In this document: in pieces, positions 12,070 to 24,604 of the stretch
How the letters are laid out: each line of letters begins with the position of its first letter
How positions within the stretch are numbered: the stretch's first letter is position 1
DNA from: Rhynchobatus australiae
Taxonomy: Eukaryota
Assembly (NCBI GenBank): GCA_034780895.1
Contig: JAUZTB010000001.1
Location: 116,699,062 to 116,763,061 of the forward strand
DNA length: 64,000 bases
Direction: 5' to 3'
Notes under the pieces: generated by a model
Databases searched by the model: none
Told to the model about the DNA's origin: nothing
Seen by the model: only the letters and a program-made list of their open reading frames with translations
Made by a program: the position numbers and the translations under genes

Positions 12070-12160
12070 AGAAATATGCCAAATATACTAAGAAATATAC
12101 TAATATACTAAGTATATTATACTAAGAAATATAATATTATACAGAAATATACTAAGAACA
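12070..12160. repeat. AT-rich degenerate tandem repeat (agaaatatacta-like units)
   Basis: aaatatactaagaaatatactaatatactaag...atactaagaaatata...agaaatatactaagaa. Confidence 0.7.
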
Positions 12161-12553
12161 TCACATTTTCCAATATGATGGTCTTAGTATAAACCCGTAT
12201 GTATTTCACCTCAAGGCNNNNNNNNNNNNNNNNNNNNNNNNNNNNNNNNNNNNNNNNNNNNNNNNNNNNNNNNNNNNNNNNNNNNNNNNNNNNNNNNNNN
12301 NNNNNNNNNNNNNNNNNNNNNNNNNNNNNNNNNNNNNNNNNNNNNNNNNNNNNNNNNNNNNNNNNNNNNNNNNNNNNNNNNNNNNNNNNNNNNNNNNNNN
12401 NNNNNNNNNNNNNNNNNNNNNNNNNNNNNNNNNNNNNNNNNNNNNNNNNNNNNNNNNNNNNNNNNNNNNNNNNNNNNNNNNNNNNNNNNNNNNNNNNNNN
12501 NNNNNNNNNNNNNNNNNNNNNNNNNNNNNNNNNNNNNNNNNNNNNNNNNNNNN

Positions 12554-13500
12554 TCCTGTTTTTATGGGCGGGTGCGTCTATTAAAGCTCTGGGAGCAGCC
12601 CAACTCCAAGATGGAAAATCAAAAGTATTTGCTTTTAAAGCACCCATGACAGCAGAAACAACAGATGCCAATGTACAGAGAGAACTGTATGGTTGTGGGA
12701 AGTTTCACAACTACCTGTACTGAAGGAAGTTCATTATAGAATGTAAACACTGATTCTTAGAATAAATCCATAGGAAAAGACCATATACCGTATAGCACCA
12801 GCAGGACTATAAGATTACTCTTGAGGTTTCAGTGTAATGTTTTTTCTCCAAAAATACAAACTGGAATAAGAAATGGTGCTAGCAGATGCACTACCTCATC
12901 TGTCACCATATTGGAAGCACGAGGTGAGAGACAAGGTGTGAAGATACACTGAATGGTAAATGTGATACCAACAAGTTTGGGTAAAATCAGAGAGCAATAA
13001 ATATAAGGAATTAGAGAGGCTTTCTCCACAGGATTTAGAAGTGACCCATAAACGTGAAACGAACACAGCCTAAGATATTATTGGTCAATCAGAAATGACA
13101 TTTCACAGGAAGATTGTGTTCTTATAGCTGGATCCAGAATCATCATCATACCCAAAAAGACGCAAAAAGAATAACTCCAGAAGATACATGATGCCACAAG
13201 TGCATACAGAATTGCAGGCTGAGTGCTAGGTCAGCCATATACTGGACTGGCATCTACATAGGTATAAAGAGAATGGTGACAACACGCAGGGTATGCCAGA
13301 GATTCAGAAATATACAACTAAAGAGTAGCTGGTGGTTATTAAAGGCCATGGTATATCATGGGAGCATATTTGTTCGCACTTTGTCAACATCTCAGTTGTG
13401 GACTCCATTCCTATTCATCAGAGCCACAGAAATTACCACAACCTGTTTGCAAGGTAAGGGATTCCTGAAAAACACAAGTGTGACATGTAATTCAACTCAC
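12554..13500 (+). mobile_element. Ty3/Gypsy LTR-retrotransposon pol fossil (RNase H and integrase)
   Basis: GASIKALGAAQLQDGKSKVFAFKA...ANVQREL..YGCGKFHNYLY matches Gypsy RNase H (DAS..GLGA.LLQ...ERE...FH.YLYG). SRIIIIPK...LQKIHD / CRLSARSAIYWTGI...MVTTRRVCQ matches the integrase H2C2 zinc domain. LFAR*GIPE (~13445) matches the integrase core. Stops and frameshifts present. Confidence 0.85.
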
Positions 13501-13514
13501 CTCTGGAGAAGTTA

Positions 13515-14428
13515 GTCATAGAGCAATACAGCACAGATACAGGCCCTTTGGCCCAACCAGTCCATGTTGACCACGATGCCTACCCATCTAGTCTCAAATT
13601 ACTGCATTCAACTCATATCCCTCTAAGCCCTGCCCCTCCATGTACCTAATCAAATGCTTATTAAATGCTTCTATTGTACCTGCCTCAACCACTTCCTCTG
13701 GCAGCTCGTTCCATATACTCACCACCCTCTGTGTGAAACAGTTGCTCACCAGGTCCCTTTTAAATCTTTCCCCCTCGCCCTAAACCAACACCCCCATGTT
13801 TCGGATTTCCCTACCCTGGGGCAAAGACTGTTACCATCCACCTTATCTATGCTTCTCATAATTGTAAACACTTCTATAAGGTCGTCCCTCGTTCTCCTAC
13901 TTTCTAAGGAATAAAGACCCAGCCTGGCCAACCTCTCCCTGTAACTCAGGCCCTGTAGTCCTGGCAACATCCTCGTAAATCTTTTCTGCACTCTTTCCAG
14001 TTTAACCATGTCTTTCCTGTAACAGGGTGACCAAAACTGTACAGAGTTCTCCAAGTGTGGCCTCACCAATGACTTGTACTACTGTAACATAGTCCCATCT
14101 CCTAAACTCATTGCCCTGACTGATGAAGGCCAGCATGCTAAATGCCTTTCTCACCACCCTGTCTACCTGTGATGCCACTTTCGACAAACTATGCACTTGT
14201 ACTCCTAGGTCCCTGTGTTCCATTACAATCACTAGTGCCCTACCATTCATCGTAAAAGTCCTACGCTGGCTTGACTTTCCAAAATGCATCACCTCACACT
14301 TATCTGTATTGAAATCCATCTGCCATTCCTCAGCCCACTTCCCCAACTGATCAAGATTCCCTTGTAATCTATGATAACCTTCTTCACTATCAACACCTCC
14401 TAATTTTGCATCATCCGCAAACTTACCA
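13515..14428 (-). mobile_element. Well-preserved 5'-truncated CR1 LINE (RT C-terminal half and 3' UTR)
   Basis: Minus ORFs KFADDAKLGG...KCEVMHFG...RDLGVQVH and VRPHLE..VQFWSP...LERVQKRFTRMLPG...RLGLYSLE..R.RDDLIEVF. Confidence 0.95.
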
Positions 14429-15284
14429 AGCAAGCCTTGTGACAAGTATGACAAGTTAGAGACTTTGCAGGGTGACATAGATTCATTATGATGACTTCAC
14501 CCCAACACTGTCTGAAAAGATACAGTTTCATAGTGAGATGTGTTTAAACAGTCAGGAGAACCCATATCAAACAAAAATGGAAAAAGGAAGGCACAAACTT
14601 TGATNNNNNNNNNNNNNNNNNNNNNNNNNNNNNNNNNNNNNNNNNNNNNNNNNNNNNNNNNNNNNNNNNNNNNNNNNNNNNNNNNNNNNNNNNNNNNNNN
14701 NNNNAGACTTCCAGTGGCAGCTTCAGCATCTTCCCAGAAACAACAGCCCTGAGAGGGTCACATCAAAATAAATGACAATCAAAAAAAACTGCAATGCTCT
14801 TTCTCTTCTACAGATGCTGCCTGACCTGCTGAGTTTTCTAGTAGTTTCTGTTTTTATTTCATTATGACTTGGTACCAGATGTTGTAGTAGTCCAGCTCCT
14901 TCACTGTCCAGGATCATAGCAGAAGCTAGGCAGATAGAGAGGAGCAGTAACTAGCCAAGTAATGAGAAGCTGTCAGTATTATGAAAGAATCTCTCACTAA
15001 ATCCTTCAGGATATTGGCCAGAGGATTCTGACTATGATTCCACTGCTGAAAAGTTCCAGAGCAGCAACTTTCCAGCCATAATATGAATATGGGGATACAT
15101 TTATAATGCTTGCTCACTTGAGCTTTTTTACAACCAGTATGATATAATGTGCATTCTTTTAGTTGACATCAATAAAGTTTAATTTTCTTTTTGCCATGGA
15201 AAGCTGCCAGATTTTTATTGGGACCCTTGTGACAAGTTTAAAAGTAGTTTATTATTGTAGTAAATCTGTTATCATTTGCTTCAG

Positions 15285-15467
15285 ATTATGGCTCTAGCTG
15301 ATGCTGTGGAGGAGAACCAGGCCAACCTGTACCAAGCCTTCACCAGGCTGAAGAGTGCCACACAACTGACGGTCCTGTTGATTGGTCTGTGGCAGAACTT
15401 GAGCAGAGATCAGATGGCCATCCTGGAAGCTGCAATTCTACCCCTTACCCAGGATACCCAGGAACTG
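15285..15467 (+). CDS. Candidate 183-nt phase-0 exon IMALADAVEENQANLYQAF...TQDTQEL; alternatively a Harbinger Myb-ORF-like remnant
   Basis: ttgcttcag| acceptor, CTG|gtgagt donor, 61 open codons, higher GC than flanks; identity unknown. Confidence 0.25.
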
Positions 15468-16283
15468 GTGAGTGTTTCATCCCGCATGGATGGCAGCCCC
15501 CTGATCCAGTAGCACAGTCTCCTGTGCTTGGGCTGTCTAATCTCAGCCAGTACTTGCTGCAGTAATCTTCAACCATTGTTCCAGTTTCTGGCTGCCGGTG
15601 TTGAGCTGTCTTTTTACATTGAAGGATTAATCAACGTCAGCTGTTTTTGCCAGGAATCTATTCCACATCCACCCTGATCCAAAACAAAGTCCAGAGGTGG
15701 ACCTGCTCTTTACACACGAGCCCTCAGAACTCATTCAGTGCACAAGCAGCTATGATTTAAAGGGGGATATGTGTCAGTGATGTCACATGGCCTTGTTCCT
15801 TGCATTTCCTGCTGTCATCCTAACTTTTGGCATCTTCCCCACCTACAATGGTCAATCATCAGCCAACCTGTCTCACTCTGTCTCCCCTCCCTCTACTCTG
15901 TCTGAACCTGCTTCTATACAGATTAGAATCCCCAATAACCAAACAGGCTGGGAAGGACGAATACCTCCACATAGCATTTTCTTTCTTCCTAAAATCCTAT
16001 ATAGCCTTGTAATGGAACAGTGGTAACAGCAATCAACTCAATCACAGCTGTTTGTCCTCCTAACTTCAATTAAATTAGTAAGAAATGAGACAATGCAATA
16101 ATATATTAACGTAATGTGAAATAATAATTCCATAATTTACCATTTTCATCATTTCTACATTTAAACTTGCCATCTCAGAGTGAGTGACTTAAATATTGCA
16201 GTGTAGTATTAATGTGAGTGGTAGCATAATTCCCAACATCAATGAGAAGCCCGAGTGAACCAAGGAATATGTTCCCATTACAG

Positions 16284-16328
16284 TTATTTGTGCAGCAGTG
16301 CAAGATTTCCCCATCATGTAGTTCGCAG
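16284..16328 (+). CDS. Candidate 45-nt exon
   Basis: cccattacag| ... CAG|gtaagc; open in phase 0 (LFVQQCKISPSCSSQ) and in phase 2. Confidence 0.2.
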
Positions 16329-18246
16329 GTAAGCAATGGGTCCGTGGTCCTGGTCTTGACCATTATAAGCTGCCTGTTCAGTAGATATTTTACCATGCTC
16401 TTGGTGAAAGGCTCTGTGGTTGTGGCCAGTAATCTTCCAACTGATACCACAGCTAAACATTAATAACTGCTTTAAAGCACAACACTTCATTGACTTCAGA
16501 ATACATTGGAGCATACCAAAGCTCTACGGTATTTTGAAAGCTTTCTATTCTTGACAACTTGAGGCAACATTAATTTAATGCAGTATTTGTTTTCTTTTCC
16601 TTCATTTTCACTGTTTCTCCTGGAACAATTTTTCCTACTTCATTGAAAGCTGAGTGAATGAAGTTAATGCTCAAGGCGCTTCTGTTCCCTTGCTGCTAAT
16701 TTCGGGATTGTGTCCTTGCAGTGCCCTTTTGACAAACAAATACCATACCTTCCTACCTTGTTTGACTCAGGTCAGGTACTTTTTGGCTTTAACTTCAAAC
16801 AAAAATGGAAAAAGGAAGGCACAAACTTTGATTTATTGGCACTGTAGGCTATACCTTCTAAGACAATATTGTTAAGCTACTGAGTGGCTAAAGGTACATG
16901 ACAGCTTTGCCAAGCATGTTCATATGTCCATATTTTCTGCACAAAACAAGCATTAAATCTCTATGCTATGCCTAGCCTGTAAAGACAATGTAAGTCTCAA
17001 ATCCGAAACTTAAGGTATATTTAAGTAACAGAGCTCTGGGAACAACAAGGAGTACATAGTCATAAATTAGTTCTAAAAAATATTTTCTTCAACTACCTCA
17101 GTGTCAATGAGCTGAAAATCTAGCTAATTGCTGGATTTAAGATGTACTCATCTATCTGCCTCCCTCCCCTTATTGTTCCATGGTTGACGAAATTCTGGGT
17201 GTTGCTGAATTTTTCTGTGGTTTATTGTTACTTTTCCATGAACAACTCTTCACCTTTGATGGCTCACCTTATTCATTTATGGGGCTCTTTTCCTGGATAA
17301 ATTCCAGGTACGTCTTTTTCATAAACAAGAAGTTACCTATGTAGATAAAAATATCCTAATTCATCAAGCTCTAATTGAAACATTACTCACAATAACAAGC
17401 TATGCTAGCAAGTTTGAATGCAAGATATTAAAAAATGTTGACAGCAGAATGCACTCAGCTTTATAATCTGCACTACTGTCAAAGACAAATACATTATTCT
17501 GTATGGAATAGTATGGCACAAGGCTAAAATTTAACTCAATTTTTATTTGAATTGCACAACTGCCATTGAGATTCAAGGGCCTTGTTCTAATAGTTTATTT
17601 GATAAAATAATCAGTGGAGCAATAACAAAGCAGTGATCGGTGAATGAAAAATTCTGGTCCCATTCAGATAAATTTATTTTTTGAAGACTTGAAATAAAAC
17701 CTTTTTCCCCTTTCCTGGTATTCAGATAATGTTATAATTGAGTTCTGGGATGCCACATTACCTAAAGACAGTCTGTGTGATGATATGTTGTCTTTTATAT
17801 TTATTTATTACCTGCAGCAATCAAATTCCTCCCTGAGGATACAGTGGGAGCTCAAAGTCTAAAGGACTAAAAGCATAATTATTCAAAAAGAGAATAAAGT
17901 TTCCTTAGGGTGTGGATTACCTTCTGCATCTTTATCAGCAATCAGGTCTTTTTGAATCCCATCATCTTAATTGTGCTAATCTACTTCAGGCCTCTCCAAT
18001 CAAATGAGCAAATAATTTTCTTAGGTTCCTGTCTTTCACACTAGCGTTATGTGAATCAGGAGAGACCAAATAATTCAGCTGCATTATGATTGCAGCACAT
18101 GACTAGAAAATCATTTCCATACATCAAATGTATCCAATATTAATGATCAGTGATACTAAATGCTGCAGAAAAAAAGAGGATATACCTTCAATTTGGTAAT
18201 AGCTATCATTGCTGCAGAAAAGTTTTTCTGTTTCTTTTGACTACAG

Positions 18247-18273
18247 TCTCAATATCAAGCTATCCTTAATCAA
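18247..18273 (+). CDS. Candidate 27-nt microexon (SQYQAILNQ in phase 0)
   Basis: tttttctgtttcttttgactacag| ... CAA|gtaagt; both splice sites near consensus. Confidence 0.25.
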
Positions 18274-19719
18274 GTAAGTACAGAAAATCACATGGTAAAC
18301 ATCCTCCACCCTACTCTTTAATGCATATAAATCTCTTATACTACAGCATTGTGCCACGTCCCTTCAATTTTTATGGCCTCTCTGATTAATGTTGTAATAC
18401 AGTAATGACCAGTAAAATAGTTATGAGCAGTATTGTCCTATGGGACAATCCCCACAATGATTAGCTCAGAGATTGATCTAAGTTCCTTGTGTTTTAGATA
18501 TCTGCAGCAATTACAGAGAGAAAATATTCATCCAGTAAAGAACCCCTGGATACAAAACCAAGCATTAAAAGTCATTTATGTAAACCATTACACCACTCAT
18601 ATGTCTCTTCCTTAACCAGTGTAAGTGATTTTATGAAAACACATTCATTGGGTTTTAATCTGGGATCAAATATGAAATGTGGTCAAATATATTATCTGAA
18701 GTTGGAAACCTTCATAAGATCCAGGTAATGGCAGAAGTTTGTGGTTTGACCTATTGCCACCTTGAAATCAGAATAGATTGAAAGATTCTATGGTGTTTGT
18801 TCATTTATACGTTGAATAATTTTATTCAGAATGTAAATCTCAAATCAAAGGTGAAATATTCCAAGAAAATTCAGGCAAGGAATGGAATAAATCAATTAAA
18901 GAATAACAACTTATCTTTAATAAAGATCTTTTATTTCTTTATCTGACCAATTACTCTCTCCAGTTGCCCTGCATAACATCTTTTAATATCTCCTGTTTTC
19001 CATTCTAGCACTGATCTGTCATTACCTCCTCTCCTCCTTTTCCCAGCCTTTAACTATACTCTAAACCCTTTTTTAATTAATAAAAAGCTAACTCCTTTTT
19101 TTCTTTCCACAGATGCTACCTGGTATGCTGAATATTTACAGATTTGGAGAATCTCCAGTATTTTGTATTTGAATAAATTAAGCTTCTGCTGTTTTGCTAA
19201 ACCTAGGTATTGGAAATTAATATCTAATACAACCTTTGAAAAGCACTCCATTGCAGAAATTGATTTTAGTGAAAGACTGAAATCAGACATTAAATGGGGA
19301 TTGTGATACAAAGACACACTGATTTAAAAGATGGTTATGGTGCACAGTTCTGGTCCTAATTACTGATTATCATAATCTGAATATGCCTGAAGGTATTAAA
19401 TCAGACACCTGCAGGGCTGGCATTAAGACGATGAATAGGCAGTGTTTTCCCCAGTTCTACTGAAGGTATGGAGTAGATTGACTGACACACTGCGGTAATT
19501 TTTATGATGGCACAGAGACTAAGTGAAAGTCATGCAGGGACTGGAAGGCCTGGTGAAGGAGGAATGTCCTGTATCAGCAGGTAGGAATCAGTGCACCTTG
19601 TCATTCTTGGTCCCACAGCTACTCATGTCACTCTGCCTGGCCTCATTTCCACTTTTCATTTCCTCCCGCTAACTTGCCTGGCAAGATGCTGATGACCAGG
19701 TACCCCATTCTCTTGGGGA

Positions 19720-19850
19720 CACAAGGGACCTCAGATACTAGAATCTGGAGCAACAAACAATTTGCTGGTCCTGATGCAGGGTTTTAAACTGAAATGTCAA
19801 CAATCTCTTTCCCCCCCACAGATGCTGCTTGACCTGCAGATTGTTTGTTA
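19720..19850 (+). mobile_element. PLE-derived fragment with hammerhead-like core (CUGAUGCA variant)
   Basis: gtcctgatgcagggttttaaactgaaatgtcaac at 19768; flanked by inverted caacaaacaat / attgtttgtta. Confidence 0.7.
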
Positions 19851-19899
19851 CCCCCTTCCTGTCGCTGCCTTTGATAAAGTATCTTAAAAGTTAGTGTAT

Positions 19900-20890
19900 C
19901 ATAGAATGATAGAAAATTTATTCAGTTCAATATGTCCATGCAGATCAAAGAAGAGCTGTCCCAGCACTTTCCATCACTAGGTCCATGGCCCTGCAGGTCA
20001 CAGCTCTTCAAGTGCACATTCAAGTAATTTTTAACTGTNNNNNNNNNNNNNNNNNNNNNNNNNNNNNNNNNNNNNNNNNNNNNNNNNNNNNNNNNNNNNN
20101 NNNNNNNNNNNNNNNNNNNNNNNNNNNNNNNNNNNNNNNNNNNNNNNNNNNNNNNNNNNNNNNNNNNNNNNNNNNNNNNNNNNNNNNNNNNNNNNNNNNN
20201 NNNNNNNNNNNNNNNNNNNNNNNNNNNNNNNNNNNNNNNNNNNNNNNNNNNNNNNNNNNNNNNNNNNNNNNNNNNNNNNNNNNNNNNNNNNNNNNNNNNN
20301 NNNNNNNNNNNNNNNNNNNNNNNNNNNNNNNNNNNNNNNNNNNNNNNNNNNNNNNNNNNNNNNNNNNNNNNNNNNNNNNNNNNNNNNNNNAACATGTTGT
20401 ATGCGAACTCAAGCCCATGGTCAAACAAATGTTGTTTCCAGTTTAGTGTAACTGCCGCTCTTTTATATTGTATGCTGCAGCAAAGAAAGGAAAACATCTC
20501 ATGTGCCTTTTTTAACCATCTTATTGATCTGACCAGATTTCTTTTAGGATCTGTAACCATAGGTTCTAAGCTCTCCCTTTATTTTTCCACACCACTCAGT
20601 ACCATTTCACTGACTGTGAATTTCATGGCCTTGTTGAACTTCCCTAAATGCATAACCTCGCAATTCTCTGGAGTAAACTGCATTTCCACTTTTCTGCCCA
20701 AATGACCAGTCCATCAGTATCTTTCCACAGTCCAAAGCTCCCTTTCTTACTGAGAACCACAGTTGCTGTCTCAGCAGCAAGTTTCTTTGTTATGCCCCTT
20801 ACATTTAAGTCTAAAAATATTTACTACAAAAAGCAAAGGACTCAGTACTGAATCTGTGGAGCTTCACTGATAACATCCTTCCAGTTCCAC
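19900..20890 (-). mobile_element. Decayed CR1 LINE spanning a gap
   Basis: CR1 3' end (gcactt...ggtccatggccctgcagg), then ccctaaatgcataacctcgca (antisense CEVMHLG). Confidence 0.7.
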
Positions 20891-21014
20891 TGCACCAAGA
20901 ATCCAAAGCTCTCTTTCTCTTACACCATCTCAACAACCAAGCTGGAATTACATCTGTAAACACAGAAGCATCTGTCTACTCCTCTAACTATGAATTCCTA
21001 TTACAATCTTCAGC

Positions 21015-21210
21015 TAGAGGGTAGTGAATCTTTGGAATTTTCTTCTCAAGAAGGCGGTGAAGCTCAGTCACTGAATATATTCAAGACAGATCATCAGATT
21101 TATGTATGTGAGGAAATCAAGGGATATGGGGTTAGTGCATAAAAATGGCCCTGAGGTTAAATATCAGACATGACCTCATTAAACGGTAGAGCAGGCATGA
21201 GGGATTGAAA
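21015..21210 (+). mobile_element. CR1 3'-end fragment
   Basis: agagggtagtgaatctttggaatt...ttcaagacaga...aagggatatgggg...ggtagagcaggcatgaggg. Confidence 0.75.
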
Positions 21211-22831
21211 ATAATTTTTAAGTAATTACCTCACATTTACATTATCATTTACTTCCCATGAATTGATTTCAAACCTTTGCATAGACCAGGCATGATACAC
21301 CAACACCATACTCAAAAGCTCAAATTGGTGACCTTTGTAGCATTGGAAGAAATCTGCATATGTATATATTATCTGTATAGTGACAAATAGCATTTTAGTT
21401 AGATCATTGTATTCATACCATTAAAGTCTCGTATCTTAAATAACATTTGATTAAGCATTTCTCAAACAAAATGTACTTAAGCTGGCCTTAAGCACTAAAT
21501 GAAGATATTTTTCAACTTCTATTCTCCCTAGTTTCAAGAAGTATCTTGAAAGATATCTGAAGAGTAATGATTTTAAANNNNNNNNNNNNNNNNNNNNNNN
21601 NNNNNNNNNNNNNNNNNNNNNNNNNNNNNNNNNNNNNNNNNNNNNNNNNNNNNNNNNNNNNNNNNNNNNNNNNNNNNAGTAATGATTTTAAAAGGAGTAA
21701 TAATTAGAGCCATTTATATTCAGAATAAAGCAAACAAAAACTTCTGTTTCTAATGATTAGACCTGAATCCCAGAAGGAATGATTGATATTATTGTCATCA
21801 TATTAGAGGTGGCAATCTGCTCAGCTGCTGAATGGGTAACCATCTGCTCAATAATGTTAATTGCAGCTGAGGTGCACAGGAGATACACTTAACCAATAGC
21901 ATTAAAGTTTGAATAAATAAATAATTAAGGCTCTAAAATCCTACAGTTTGTCAGAACTTCAGACATCAGTTAATCCCACTTAACAAATGTAAATATTTTG
22001 AGCAATACCCATTACCAATTTATGAAAGGTAAAGCTTTGCAACAGTGTTGCCTGTTCTTCTGGAGCAGAACTTCCACCAGAACTGTGTTAGCCTGATCCG
22101 CAATATCAGCTTTTTAAACTCAATATCAGATCAATGCATTTTTATCCAAAGAGTAGCTACATCTGGAAGGGGAAACTACAATTTGTGATGACAGTGGAAT
22201 CAACAGCAACCATCAGAATAGAATTGGATGAGGAGATGGGGGAAAAATTAAGTGAAAAGAATGGGAGTACCTGGTTGTTTTGAAGCGACCTCATTCCATA
22301 ATGTAATATTCCCTGATTCTAAGTCTTCTAATATATCAAGTTGAATTGTTGCAAATGATAGGTTGCAACTTGTTCAGAAATAAAAATCAAATGGCTTAAA
22401 TTCAGTTTGAAAACAAATTGTTGTAAAATCAGAATTTTTACTGGCACCAATTAATTAGGTAAATAAGGTACTGATGACCTTAACAGTAATTTAACAATAG
22501 AATTCAACTAGTCATCTTTCATCACTTCTTAATACATCAGCATTAAATACATTAACATTTCCCCTCTGACAAATTGTATTATGGATTCCAGTCTTGGAGA
22601 CCTCTAGTAGCTTTTCAATTGAATGAAATGTGAACTCTCTATCTAAGTTATTGTATTTTTGGGTTGTTTCCACATTAACTACCTTTTCACTCCTGTTTCT
22701 TCTTATTCATGCATAAATTCATTCATTCTTTCTTGGGTTGTATCTCTGACGGTGTGCCGGCAGTCATTTGCATAGAAGCTGTGATATCAATATATACGTA
22801 TATTGATATATATATTTTATATATATTTTAG

Positions 22832-22915
22832 TATATCCAGTTTGATCCTTCATATAATAATCTGGATCCTGGGAGATGGGTGGAAGAATGTTGGCCTCCT
22901 GAAATTATATCACAG
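22832..22915 (+). CDS. Candidate 84-nt exon YIQFDPSYNNLDPGRWVEECWPPEIISQ
   Basis: ttttag| acceptor after an AT tract, weak CAG|gtcatg donor, open frame; identity unknown. Confidence 0.2.
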
Positions 22916-22994
22916 GTCATGTCACTAATCTTCCTGTGTAATAGCAACGAAACAGGTTCCAACATGCCTCTTTTGAAGAGATACTTTGACATAG

Positions 22995-24600
22995 TAAAGA
23001 ATTCAGGATAGTACAGCATAGAGGAAGGCTATTCAGCCCTTTAATCTCTACCAACTCGTTTGAAGAACAGTTCTTCATGCATTTTAATATTACAACTAAA
23101 TCGGCTTCCTTCATTCAATTAGGCAGGTCTTCCAAATCATAACCATGTTTAGTAAAAAAAGTTTTTCCATCAAGTCACCTGGGGATCTTTTGCCAATCAC
23201 TTTAAATGTGTGTCCTGAGATTACTGATCCTCTGCCCACTGTAGTTAGTGTAAATAAAGATAAACTATCTAAATTCTTTATGATTTAAACATCTCTATAA
23301 TATCTCATCTTAGCCTTCTCTGCTCCAATCACAGTTTACAATCCCAATTCCTACAGTCTCTCCATGCATACAGAATCCCTCAACCTTGCAACTTTCTTGT
23401 AAGTCTCTTCTGAGTTCTAAGGCCTCCATTACCATTATAAAATGTGGTGCCTAGAATTAAATACAATATTCCAGCTAGGGAAAACCAAGGTTTTACGTAG
23501 GCCTGGTGTTATTTCTTGGCTTACACTCTCCGTTTATAAAAAGCAGAATATGCTGTGCTTTATTAGTTGCTTTCTTTTTAACTTGTCCTTCCACTTTCAA
23601 GGATTTGTGCACAACCACCCACATTCTCTTTATAGATCCCTATTAAAATTGTATCACTTAGCTTCTATTGTTTCTCCCCATTCTTGCTAATAAAATGTAA
23701 CATCTCCACATTGAAGTTGAATAACTTAGAATTTCCACCCACCCCCACCCTAGTTGTCTAAGGTTCTTTAATGTCTTTTCCTATTTTCACAATATTTACA
23801 ATACTTTCAAGATTTGTATCATCTGCAAGTTTCAAGGTTGTCCCCTGCACCCAATATCCAAGTCATTAATGTCCATCAGAAGCAGTAGTGATCCCTGAAA
23901 ATGGAGAACTCCAGTCCAAAAATGAGCCATCTTCTGCAGCCCTCTGTTTTCTATCCCTTAGTCAAAAGCATGCTGTCACTTCCACTTTTATTCTGCAATA
24001 ATAAAGTTAAAATATGAAGCCTAAAAAGAATCTCCATCCACAGGCACCCTTAACTAATCCGCTTAATGTCTCATCAAAAAACTGAATCAAGTGAGTCAAA
24101 CATATTTTCCTTTAACAAATCCATGCTGCATCCCTTTCATTAGTCTTTGTTTGTCCATGTGGCTGTTAGATTTCTCCCAGATGATTGTTTCCAAAAGCAA
24201 CATTATCACATGCTTTAAACTGTTGGTCACACAATTCCCAGATTCCCACCTGTTTTGAACAAGAATATAATATTTGCATCCACTAATCTTTTGGCATTAC
24301 CACTATATCTAAACTGGACCTGAAGACTGTGACCCGCATCTACACAATTGTTAATTCCTTCAGTCACCTATGAGGCATTCCATCAGACTGGATGAATTTT
24401 CCACTTCAAGTACTCCCAGTCTTTCCAGTACCTCTTCTATATCTACTTTTTTAGCTCAGCAATATTCTATCTTTGTCATGAGTTTAACAAAGTCCTCTTT
24501 CTTGGTAAATGCCAAAATAAACTACTTATTTAGTACTTTAGCCATGATGCCCGTCACCACCAATAAGTATCCAATTTGCTCTCTAATCAGTCCCAATACT
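22995..24600 (-). mobile_element. Highly decayed long CR1 LINE
   Basis: Tail (acagcatagaggaaggctattcagccc), tgtatcatctgcaagttt (antisense KLADDT), tttaacaaatccatgctg (antisense QHGFVK). Confidence 0.7.
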
Positions 24601-24604
24601 CTTC

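Noticed and set aside
12070-12160. CRISPR-like array
   Set aside because: Low-complexity AT tandem repeat without unique spacers, in vertebrate DNA.
16175-16450. CCTNNCN resembling the Ly6/uPAR CCxxxxCN motif
   Set aside because: Spacing is one residue short and the upstream cysteine pattern is absent.
22880-22905. WPPE as a possible LBH-domain motif (LBHD2 is the human upstream neighbour)
   Set aside because: Lacks RLPSIVVEP and ESGELR, and is on the wrong strand for the human arrangement; no LBHD2, EXOC3L4 or TNFAIP2 exon was recognised in the window.
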